From Eledone cirrhosa (taxonomy: Eukaryota): DNA of 64,000 bases. Shown here one piece after another: positions 1 to 12,337 of the stretch (the first letter of the stretch is position 1; every line of letters begins with the position of its first letter). Made by a program: the position numbers and the translations under genes. The stretch spans positions 48,608,001 to 48,672,000 of the forward strand of contig OZ024745.1 in assembly GCA_964016885.1 (NCBI GenBank), read 5' to 3'. Under the pieces are notes generated by a model. The model was not told the DNA's origin. It saw only the letters and a program-made list of their open reading frames with translations, and did no database searches.

Positions 1-2142
1 TAATTTCTCTTCTCTGACAATGTCAAACTCCATTAAACAATGAATGGAAACTGATACTCTGGTAGAATTGACTAGAGACAGTTTTTTTGCAGTTGTTTTT
101 AGCATTCCACTAACTTAACTTCTGCTTTGTTTCACATACGTATCTACATACACATAAGCTTTATTCACGTTTCTTAATTTTCACACTACACTGAAGAAAG
201 TGTATCATCTGATATTGTAGAAAGAACTTCAGTTTCATATACCTATAGAAGGATGGATCGAGCATTTAAGAGAAAAGGGGAGAAAAAGAGAAAATGAGTT
301 AGAGCCATCATTTTTATGTCCGACCTCCCATACTTGCTTGCACAGACTGGACAAAGGCCAGAGCTTATACCAGCATTGTGATGTGATGTTAAGTGATATT
401 AAGAGACTTCTGGTCCATTGCAAGGCTATTTCCCAACTGTTGCTGATACTCCTTTTCAGCTCACTAAACTGGAGCATCGTGAAATAAAAGGCCTTGCTCA
501 AGGAAACAATTCCTCACCCAGTCTGAGAATCAAACATGATTTTATTATCAAAAGCCTAACCACAACAAGACATAACGATATCAACAATAAAGTATTTGAG
601 AAAATATTTTAAATAAAAAGATGAACAGGTGAAAGATCTTTTAGGTAAAAGGTAAATGCTGTTATTTATTAAAAGATGAACAGATAGATGGGTGATTCAG
701 TATAATTCATTAAAGGTTGAAAGATGATATAAATATTATTCATTTTAAACATGCTATAATATATGTTGATAAATATTTCAGTCTCACAAGTAAAGAATAA
801 TTCAGTCAAAAGAATAAGCAAAAAGTGTTTTCTCAACTCCACTATACGTTATAACAAAATTAATCCTTTTATGATCATATTTCTCATGGAAACTATGAGT
901 TCCAAATAATTTTGAATACAATCAAGAATTTGAAGGAATTTAATACAGAGTCTGATGATTTCTTTATCAATTTCCATGCATTCTTTTGGCTATCAGTGGA
1001 CTTGGAATTGTCAAAGGAATTGAGGACAATATTGATTCTTTTGTCTTCTTCCTCTCAATACACTTTTTGTAGACATTGTTGATTTGTTTCTATTTCTGTA
1101 ACCTTAGAGTGTAAGACATTGGAGTGAGCTGCAGTTACAGAGTGCAGTTCTGAAGACAAGATTTTTTTTTTTTTTTGTGTGGGAGGTGGGGTTATATCTC
1201 AGTGCTGATTTATTGGATCATGTGAGATGGAAAGGTTTTATCATGTCACCACAAAGAAGTAGATTGAATGTAGTAGTATTCAGTAGTAATACAGAGCTGT
1301 AATATTTATAAGGATGAATAAGCTGAAGCCTAGGGTCGCTGCTGCAGGAACTAGGTACCCCACAGGAATTAAAGGCTTTACAGAAACTAGGGGTCTATCA
1401 ATTTTCTTTTATTGAAGCACTATACCTGAAAGCCCAAATAATGTAACTAATTTTCTGATAATTAGGCTGGTGCTTGGAATATAACTTAATAAAGATTCCT
1501 ACATAAAATTATGATGGAAGTAGTTTCTGATAAATAAAAACACTTTAAAACTTTATCTTATATTCTAGAACTAGAGGGTGCTTTGGGACGATTTGGTATC
1601 AAATGAGTTAATATAAAAAGAAAATAAATAAATCTAAAAACAAAATTTCCAAATTTAGAAACATTTAACTGAATAAATATAAATAGTGTTCGAAAATTCT
1701 AGATTTAATCTGTTAAGTTAATTATACGCCAGTCTTAAACAGAATAATGTTTTTAATTAGATATAGGAGTTGTAATTAGGCATGTAATTTCGACAGTCAT
1801 GACTTTCTTAAAGACATTTGCCAAGATAAAGATAAATGCTTCAAATGGGAAAATAAAATTTGGGTTACAGACTGAGTTTGTCTAGTAGTTACTACTTACT
1901 CCATGGTTCTTGCTACAACAACAACAATATCAACAATATTATTATTATAATCATTATTATTATTTATTTATATATTTATTTACTTTTTGGCATATAGATA
2001 AAAGGAAGTAAAAACACGAACTCCAAACAGAAAATAGAGAAAGGGGTCTATTAATTGTAAACATACATTACTTTATAATTCAAAAGATAGTATATATATA
2101 TGTATGCGTGTGTATTTATATGTGTGTGTGTGTTTGTATATA

Positions 2143-2192
<50 letters not shown>

Positions 2193-2873
2193 TATATGTA
2201 TGTATTCATGTGTGTCTATATATATTCACACACACAAGCAAAATAAATATACAAAATTCAGTTGCAAAAATAAAAATATAAATAAGGGTAAAAATATAGG
2301 GTAGCCATACCTACCATCACATTCTAGTGTTTTCTCCCTACTCCAGTTTCTAAGCAAAACAAGAGAGATGGCTCATTCATCCACATCATAGATTTTAGAT
2401 AGAATTTGAAGAAGAGGGTGAAGATTTTGTTTGAGATGAAAACTCTAGCTACTATTCAGTACTTTTAGTCTTTTTAATGCAGTAGATTTAACCATAGTCA
2501 ACAAATAGTGGAAACTTTACTTTCCTTTGAATTATCATTTCTTTAATTTTTTTTTTCACTGTTTGCTGACTATGGCAAAATCAATTCTATTAAAAAAAAT
2601 AATGGAATGGAAACTGATCGTCAGATAGGACTAAAGAAACAATATTTTCATTGCTGATAGTATCTTCTTGCTGTAACTTTTGGCAAAATGAGCAATGCAA
2701 AATAAAGTATTTAGCTCAAGAATACAAAGCACTGCCTGGTCCAAGAATTGAACCGACAACTTTACAATTGTGAGCTAAATACACTAATCATTAAGCCACT
2801 CAGAGTATTGAAATAAAAAAAAAACAACTATTAATAAAGTTTATAAGATAAAACATGTTTCATGTACCATGAG

Positions 2874-4017
2874 AAAAGGTGAGTTCTACTGTTACAGTTA
2901 GAGTACCTTACCTGATCTGTTAACCAAAAGGTGAGTTCTACTGTTACAGTTAGAGTACCTTACCTGATCAGTTAACCAAAAGGTGAGTTCTACTGTTACA
3001 GTTAGAGTACCTTACCTGATCAGTTAACCAAAAGGTGAGTTCTACTGTTACAGTTAGAGTACCTTACCTGATCAGTTAACCAAAAGGTGAGTTCTACTGT
3101 TACAGTTAGAGTACCTTACCTGATCTGTTAACCAAAAGGTGAGTTCTACTGTTACAGTTAGAGTACCTTACCTGATCTGTTAACCAAAAGGTGAGTTCTA
3201 CTGTTACAGTTAGAGTACCTTACCTGATCAGTTAACCAAAAGGTGAGTTCTACTGTTACAGTTAGAGTACCTTACCTGATCAGTTAACCAAAAGGTGAGT
3301 TCTACTGTTACAGTTAGAGTACCTTACCTGATCAGTTAACCAAAAGGTGAGTTCTACTGTTACAGTTAGAGTACCTTACCTGATCTGTTAACCAAAAGGT
3401 GAGTTCTACTGTTACAGTTAGAGTACCTTACCTGATCAGTTAACCAAAAGGTGAGTTCTACTGTTACAGTTAGAGTACCTTACCTGATCAGTTAACCAAA
3501 AGGTGAGTTCTACTGTTACAGTTAGAGTACCTTACCTGATCAGTTAACCAAAAGGTGAGTTCTACTGTTACAGTTAGAGTACCTTACCTGATCTGTTAAC
3601 CAAAAGGTGAGTTCTACTGTTACAGTTAGAGTACCTTACCTGATCTGTTAACCAAAAGGTGAGTTCTACTGTTACAGTTAGAGTACCTTACCTGATCAGT
3701 TAACCAAAAGGTGAGTTCTACTGTTACAGTTAGAGTACCTTACCTGATCTGTTAACCAAAAGGTGAGTTCTACTGTTACAGTTAGAGTACCTTACCTGAT
3801 CAGTTAACCAAAAGGTGAGTTCTACTGTTACAGTTAGAGTACCTTACCTGATCTGTTAACCAAAAGGTGAGTTCTACTGTTACAGTTAGAGTACCTTACC
3901 TGATCAGTTAACCAAAAGGTGAGTTCTACTGTTACAGTTAGAGTACCTTACCTGATCTGTTAACCAAAAGGTGAGTTCTACTGTTACAGTTAGAGTACCT
4001 TACCTGATCTGTTAACC
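2874..4017. repeat. Tandem array, 22 copies of a 52-bp unit
   Basis: Unit AAAAGGTGAGTTCTACTGTTACAGTTAGAGTACCTTACCTGATC(A/T)GTTAACC; 1144 bp = 22 x 52; only one variable position seen. Confidence 0.97.
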
Positions 4018-4104
4018 AAAAGAAAATGTGAGATAATCCTCCTAATAGACTTGTCAAAAAACTCTGGTGAGTTAATGTACAAACCTATGTAGAGAACAGC
4101 TTCA

Positions 4105-4282
4105 TATCGGTAGAGGGTCCGACACCATGCTTTGATGCATAGAGTTACGGCCCTTGCCATTCTGAGTTCAAATCCCGCCGAAGTTAACTTTGCCTTTCAT
4201 CCTTACGGGGTCGATAAAATAAAGTACCAGTAATACATTGGGATAATTGCTGGCCTTGTGCCAAAAGTAGAAACAATTATTA
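4105..4282 (+). mobile_element. tRNA-derived SINE (same family), slightly 5'-truncated; an older diverged copy follows at ~4297-4497
   Basis: Near-identical to the other copies; ends AGTAGAAACAATTATTA. Confidence 0.88.
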
Positions 4283-6729
4283 CATTTATAGAATATGGTC
4301 GATTAGCAGTGGACAAATGCTTTGCAGTATTTGTTCTGGCTTTTTACATTCTGAATTGAAATTCCACTATGGTAAACTTTGCCTTTCCTCCTTCTAAGGT
4401 CGATAAAATAAAGTACTAATAAAGCACTGAGGCCAATATAATCAACTTTCCCTTCTTCACCAAATTACAGGCTTTTGCCTAAAGTAGACATTATTATAAA
4501 TAAGTGAGTGGCCTACTCTAAGCATGCACCTATAGATTGGAGAGAACAGAGAAGGGGCACTTTTCTAAGGTGCTCATGGTGATTAGGATGAACTTGAATC
4601 TGTGGGGTTCCTAAATTATCCCTAGGGGCTGCTCCCCCTTATTGGAGAATTCTGTTGTTATTAATTTATTACCTGTAACTTTGTTCCCGTCCTACCCTTG
4701 CAAGCAGGGAAAAACGGACATAACATGATGATGATGATGATGATGATTTTCTGTTTACTTGTTTTATGTAAATCCCCACTGTCCCTGTTTATTTGTATTG
4801 TTCTTTGTTTTGGCCCTAGTGGCCAATAAAAAATCCTCATTACATTCACATCTTATGTATCAACAAATCATACAGCCATGTCTGTAGAACTTCACACAAG
4901 TTGGAAACACTTTTAAATAGCTCTGACAGACTATGTTCAGAAAGTATTCAACCTGAAATGAAAGGAATTCCTTATGTCTCACACATAACTTAACCCTTTT
5001 GATACCAAACTGCATGAAACCCCACAAGCCTTTATGATACAAGGATGTTTGTTTCAAAGTGTTTATATTTATATTTCAATCTCCCATTATAATTCTATGA
5101 AAAAACAGTTAGGTTATGGTCCAAATACCAGCTCAATAAATGACAAAAATAGTTATATTACTAAATCCCAACAAATTTTTGAATATTTTCAAAATTAATT
5201 GAAAATCATAGATAGTGTCTTTTACTAAAATATGGTAATAAAAAAGTTAAGTTTGTTGGTCTCATTTTTGTCCAAAGAATATGACACCAGAAAAGGAGTG
5301 TAGGACTAAGAATGAGAAAATTAGATGATTTGTCTTTCAAGGAAATTGTTCTTCTTACTATTGTGATGTATATATATTTTTAGTTTGTTTTTGTGGTTAT
5401 TGTGGAACCACTGTGGTAGTGAAGATTTATCAAACAGAAGAAGTAGGAAATCAGTGGATGAGTGTAGCAGTACCTTCTTTTAAAATTAGTTGAAGTATAT
5501 ATGCCTGGTATGAAGGTGTATTTTCTGCCATTCATATTTTAAACAGTACTATTATTATCCTATTTTCTTTCTTGAGACAGAACACTATAATCTCTGGCTT
5601 CATGCAGGAAGTATTTAAATTTTCCAGCCTATTCTTTAAACGTTTATCCATTAATGTTGTGTGGGCAATGTTGTGTGAAATAGAAAGATAATAAGAAACT
5701 TTTCCCATGATATAAAAATGCTAAATTACTAGGTCTTTTAGGGAGCTTTGATGGTCACTTGACCTGCTTTAAATACTAGCTAAATCTCCCTCAAATCATA
5801 ACTGCCATTTTAACCTTTTTGTTACCATGTGTTTCAAAAATTTGGAGAAATTTTATAAAATAAGCTAATATTTTAATATCATTAAGCTGCTGTTATTAAC
5901 ATAAAACATTCAAGCATAAAATCACAATAAGAGGTGTCCTAACATTCAATTTACCCTGTAAGATGGCAGTGGTGGTGCCTTGACAAACACCACACCATTT
6001 GCACTGTAAGGCAGTATTGCTGCTGTCATGACAAAAAGCATCTGATCCACCCAGTATTGTGGTAATGAAGGAGTCACAATAACATGCTCCCAGTATATGC
6101 TGTAAAGTAGTTGTAGCCATAGAAACCAAGCCCAAAACAGAGTGTACAAGCAAAATATGGTCACTTGACTCATCTAGCCTCCATGTGACAGCCTGGCTAA
6201 CCTATGCAAGCATGGAAAATAGATGTTAAATGTTGATCATGGGGATCACTATGAACACTTTACAACAGACAGTTTTGTATCACAAAACCAGCAGCAGCTC
6301 CAGGCAGGTTGATATCTAAAGGGTTAAAAATTGATAGATCATGCCCTACGTTCCCCTAAAAAACACAGAATAGTCATGACTGTTATGCTTTTCTTCATGA
6401 GTCTGCTCCATTTATGTTGACTTGGTACTAAACAACAACAGCAGTTACAAAATCAACAACAGCCTTTATGATTTTTTACCTCGCATTGTCATTTATTTTT
6501 TTGTCAAATGTCAGGATTTATGCAATATTTTCCTTATGTTACATCAACAACAGTAACTATCACATACTATGTTTTCTCTGTAATATTGGTTTAGCCTTCA
6601 CATTTGTAGAGCCATCTGGTTCTTATACTGATAGAATAATAATTCTTCATTCTGTTATACTCATCTGTTCAGCTTCACAAGCCAGAAACAATGATGATAA
6701 CATCCTAAACAATATTCTGTAATAATTCA

Positions 6730-7345
6730 TTTCAGATTTTGAAACACACAATCACCAATTTCTGATTTTGGAGTAATATATTTTATGGTGGCTGCCAACT
6801 CGTTTTCGAGTACGGCCACTACTTTATATCCATGTAGGAGAACCCCTACCGATGCGCTGAATGAGTGTGACGTTTTAGTCCAGCCAGCGACTTGAAAACT
6901 CTGGTACAAACACTACACTTGTGACAATTATTGATACATAGTGCTGGGCCCATGGTACCATGTGACGACAAGTGCAGAGAGATCTCCAGATATAAAGCAA
7001 TGCCTGTGCCGTGAAGATTTTATAGTGAGCAAAGGCACTGCACAAAGCCAGTCCCACTCTCTTAACCAAGATGATATTTACCATCAGGGTTGCAGGTGTT
7101 ATATCAGAGTTTTCCTTCTCCTAGAATTCTGCTTTGACAAAGGCTAAGGGGTCATCTCTCCTGGTGATTTTGGATGGCCATTGACTCTTAAGAGCTCTTT
7201 TGCCCTTTGGCAGGTTTTGATTTTAGTCCTGCAGGATGTCCAAAGTCACCCTCCTCACCAAGAAACCTTGGTGGGGTTGCCAGTTTAGTCGCCAACGACC
7301 TGACCATGAAATAGGTTGTACTGGGATACATGTTACCAGTAGCAC
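6730..7345 (-). mobile_element. Probable retroelement 5' region; related to a plus-strand segment at ~57406-57900
   Basis: Minus-strand TCCCAGTACAACC..TTCATGGTC...GACTAAACTGGC..CCCCA matches 57408-57462; GC higher than background. Family assignment uncertain. Confidence 0.45.
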
Positions 7346-7703
7346 CAACTGGTGACCTGACATGAATATATTTTATACATACATACATACATGCATATAA
7401 ATTCATGTATACACATATGTATGTACATATGTATACATATTTTTATATATATAAATATATATAAGCACCTGGTCCACCCTGTAACATGATCATGCTAGTG
7501 CCACAATAAAAAGTACCCAGCCCATGCTGTAAATGTGATTGGCATTAGGAAAGGCATCCAGCCATAGAAACCAAGCTAAAAAAGTTGTGTGAGCAAGATA
7601 TGGTCTCCAGATCTGACTTGTTTCACAACAGGACAAATCATCTAGCATATGCTAGTGTGGAATAATAGAAATTAAATGGTGATGATGTTGATATCTATCT
7701 ATC

Positions 7704-7749
<46 letters not shown>

Positions 7750-7900
7750 GGGGAGGGGGGGTGATATCTATTTATCTATCTATATATATATATGTGTGTG
7801 TGCGCGTGCGTATTCGTATATATATATATGACTATCCAGGCAAACTTGAACTGTTAAGGTATCATTCCTGGATATGTCAATATTTATAAAACAAACTTTG

Positions 7901-7961
7901 TATTTTATCTGATGAGAGTATACCAAAGTTTTGGTACCCTTGAAATATATATAATAGAATA
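7901..7961 (+). ncRNA. Minimal type I hammerhead ribozyme motif (Penelope-type)
   Basis: Stem I TATTTTAT/ATAGAATA; core CTGATGA; stem II GAG..TACCAAA-GT-TTTGGTA..CTT; GAAA; stem III T-ATAT-A; triplet AUA with predicted cleavage after 7953. Confidence 0.65.
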
Positions 7962-8163
7962 AATATGGTTTTATAAATATAGTTTCCATTTATTAATATC
8001 ATTGATATATATCATCATCATCATCATCATCATCGTTTAACGTCCATATATATATATATATATATATTAGAAAGAACATCTATGAGAATTTAAAGAAAAG
8101 ACTTACTTATATATGCCCCATTAAACCTTGCTAGCAAGGAAAATAGATGTTAAATGATGACGA

Positions 8164-8206
<43 letters not shown>

Positions 8207-8254
8207 AGTCAATATATTTCCTTTTCAATTTTCATATATGGTCTCTCTCTATTA

Positions 8255-8657
8255 TCATTCTTCAGAACATCTGTTGAATCACTGTTGTTGTCTAGATCAG
8301 GTACATGGACCCTTACACAAGCAGTTGAGAAAAACTAGATGCTTAGGGTTATACAAACATAAACTAGTGTCAACATATTACGGAAACTTGCCCAAGATAA
8401 GAACTACAATTACTCAAAGACGGTTACGATTTGCAGGACATTGCTGGAGAAGTAAGCAGGACATTATACACAAGCTACTATTGTGGGAACCAAACATGGG
8501 AGATGCAGTAGAAGAAGATCTACTCGAACCTTCATCGGTCAACTCTCAAGTGATACAAGCCTCAGTGGGGAACAGTTGACAGGAGCAATGGAAAATAATG
8601 AATTGTGGAGAGACTTTGTCAGAAATGTTCGACTGTGGTAGCAATGAAGATGATGAT
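8255..8657 (+). mobile_element. Degraded RTE-type LINE 3' fragment (different subfamily)
   Basis: RRLRFAGHCWRSKQDIIHKLLLWEP followed by (GAT)n; related scraps at ~41040-41195. Confidence 0.7.
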
Positions 8658-11600
8658 CTGTACCACTTTTTCATATACAAATGTTGTTTTTTTTGCTATT
8701 TCTATTTTCTGTCAAAGAATTACTATGTTGAATTCTTTATCAGTTTATGTATCTACAACACAATATACAATGGAATATTACTTATGTCAAGGCAGCAAGA
8801 TAAGTTGTCAATGGGGAGTGGTTAATGCCATTATGTCTGTTCATGTGACTATTCTTTTACTGGCTTCAATTACTAGACTGCGGTCATGCTGGAGCACTAC
8901 CTTGAAGGGTCGACCCCAGTACTCATTTTGTTTTTGTCAATCCTGCTACTCATTTTATCAATCTCTAGATATACACAAACAGTAAATGTTATCTATCCAT
9001 CCATCCAGCAGATATATGCGAGCATGGAAAATAAATGTTAAATGATGATGACGGTGATGATAATACAACAGGTATATGCTTACTAAATTTCACTGACAAG
9101 GTACTGGTCAACCCAGGGTTATATAGCAAAAAATACTTGTTTAAGGTGCCATGCAGGGGGAACTGAACCTGAACCCACGTGGTTGTGAAGTGAACTCCTT
9201 AACCACACAGCCATATCTCTGCCTATTATTAACCAACTTCTGGTTTCCTCATTAAAACTATATTTTGAGAGACAAACAAACGATAAACTTGACAGACAAT
9301 ATCAAAAATATTTCTACATACTAGATGAGCTGAGACAGATTGAAAAACAAGATTCATTGCATTGCAAGCTTGTCTAACACACTAGCATCGAATGAAAAAC
9401 GTTAAAAAAATGCTCCTAATAGATATTTAGATAAGGCAAGAAAGACAAAGAGGATTTAGCTATTTTCAATGCACATGCACACATATATACAGCAAGCTAA
9501 TGAAAGATTTTGTATATGATTGCTTGATTTGCTTGAAATAGCAACCAAATCTTTCTTGTATCACAATCCAACCATCTTAAAAAATATGAAGGATACATTA
9601 GATAATATAATGCTTGCTATACCCTACGCATCCCCATCACACACAAAATGATTGTAGGGCTATGGGTAAAATGTCTTTGATTATAGGTCTGCTAAATTTG
9701 AGTTGATCAAACAACGATAACAAAACAAGCAGCCACCACCACAAAAACAACAACATACACATATATCTCTAAAGCAAGGGATTCAAATTCAAGGATATGA
9801 TTCAATCAATGGAACTGCTTGCTCAGGAAATTATCGTGTAAGCAGCTAAGCATTCCAAAAATATCTACACCTTTAACGTAATTCTCAGGGAGATTCAGCA
9901 TGACATAATGTGTAACAAGGCTTGCCTCTTGAATTATAGATACATCTTAACTTTTTCCAGCTGAGTTGAAAAGCATTTTGCTTAAGGACACAATGTGTTG
10001 GCTGGTTCGGGAAACGAACTGATGACCTTACAATTCTAGCAACTAACCAAATGCCTTCACAATACTTGTGTACAAAGGGCAATATAGCATGATAGTGAAA
10101 CATGGGTGCTGAATATGCAGGATATGTAAAGGCTGGAACAAATGAGGCAAGCATGCTCTGTTGGATGTTTAATACAGTTTACATGAATGACTGAGCACAA
10201 GTGTGGTGAACATAAAGCTAGGCATCAAAGTTACTCACCATAATATGCAAAAGATAAGATTGCAATAGTATAGACATGTGATAATTATAAACAATGACAA
10301 TTCAGTGAATAAGCATCAAATAATGCAACTAGAAGGTGTCTTTTGCAGCCTTCCTTTTTCATGGTTTGGACAGATCCTTTTCAATAGTGTCTGTCTTTTA
10401 GTGAGGGTTTATATTAGGATACAGGCCTTAAAAAGGAGATGAAGAAGGACCACAGTAAGTGGAGAGATGCTGATGTATGTATGTATATATGTATGTGAGT
10501 GTGTGTAAAAATATATATGTACTGTATATCTACACACATTTATTTATAGCCAGTAATATTTAAGTCATCCCTTCTTTATTTGACAAGTTTTCAATTCTTC
10601 AGCAGAGTTCATTAAATTAGTTGTTGAAATGCTGAGAAGTAAAATTCCAAACAAAAGAGTTTATGTTAAGAGAAGAAAAATCAAACTTCAGCATAAAAAA
10701 GGAACTAAATGAGAAAATAACATCCATTCGTTATTCCTTTTAAAGTTTTCTGGGTTATCATGATCAATTAAGTTTCAGGCATTATTTTGGACCTCACACC
10801 TCACATGTACATCACAGAGAATTTCATTTGTTTGTTTGTTTGTTTGTTTTCCATTCAGATGGCAATAATTTCAATTCCTTCAAAATCTAATTAAGTAAAA
10901 TACAAGCCTCTATGTGAAATCTGGTTGTTATTATATGATTTATGAAAGATGAAAAAATTACCATATTTCTTACATCAGACCATTTTGAATTCCATTATCA
11001 TCATCTTAACACACACATTTTTCATGTAGGCATCTGTTGAGTTAAACTTCAGAATGGTTAGCAACAAAAGAAATTATGATATGTGTGAAGATTAGGGATT
11101 CTATTAAATAGTGTAAAAGTATGGTTTGCATGCGGGAGTGAAGTGGTAGCAAACAGGATTGAGGTCAGACAGGAAGTTATGTATGATAGATAAGCAATAT
11201 AGAAAGAAAGCCATAATAGTCTTCTTTTCTTACTACATCTTCCTCTTTTTTATGAGTGTAGTCATCCTCATTTTCTAAATGTTGGAAATCCTAATATTCT
11301 ATGATCATAAGTACGCCAGTCATAATTATGGCAGAAGGGTGGGGCCAGGAAAAATTGTTGAAAAAAAGGAATCCACCAGAAGAAGGGAGTAGTTATAAAA
11401 GCCAAAACTAGCTATCTTCAATTTGGTATTCCTACCCTTGCCTACAATCATGAATTTTACAAGCAGCCAGCATGGAGTTTCTCTGAAGTGTCTTTGAAGT
11501 AATGTTACTCGATACAATGCATAGCTCTGAGATCATGGAGTCACTCCAGGTGAAGCTGCTACTTCTCCACATCAAGAGATCACAGCTCTGTGAGGAGGAG

Positions 11601-12337
11601 GAGGAGGAGTAAGAGGGAGGGGGAGTATCATAAGTTGTTGAATCAAGACTATGCCTGGGATACAGACTGTTTTCCTGTTGCAAATAAAGGACTTTCTGCT
11701 AGTCTACTTTTGTTTAATTCTTTAAAGCAATTATTTACTAGTTTTAAATTATTAGTTATTAGGAACCTTTATGTCTTGATAAATATGGCTTTTATATTAG
11801 AATTTGTTGAAATACTATAAAGAAATATACAGGTACTCTTTGAAGTACAAATTATATGAGTTCTGACCACTTGCAGTTATGACTATAACTCTGTGCAAGC
11901 ATGTACACTTCCCATTGCATCCATCATGCTTTAGCAATTAAATTCAAGTACTTTTTTCATCATCCTGATTTTTCTGCAGTGTAACATGTTCTATAGACTT
12001 TGCCCTATCACTGCTCCCACTCTCTCTCATATGATTTCTATCTATCTTTCCACTATAAGAAAATGTTTAATGATAACACTATCCTATGCCTTTCTTCTTT
12101 TGCACTCTCACTAACCTATAACATGTAGGATAAAAACATTAAAGTAATTAAAAGAAACAAGCTAGTTTATTTTATATCTACCTTGACCTGCAAGACCTAC
12201 AAACATGTTCAATCTAAATTGCCTCCAAAAATGTTTGTCAACACTTGTTATAAAACACTATCTGTAAAATGAACTAATGTGTTTTATATTATCATAAATT
12301 GTTTTGTTAAGGTCCAACCCATGCAAATATGTAAAAA

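Noticed and set aside
2874-4017. CRISPR array
   Set aside because: Units abut with no unique spacers, no cas genes, eukaryotic context.
6727-7147. Upstream hemicentin exon
   Set aside because: Follows a TTTCAG, but no frame resembles the VWA motifs (DxTGSM, GGGDCPE, FTDA); more likely a retroelement remnant.
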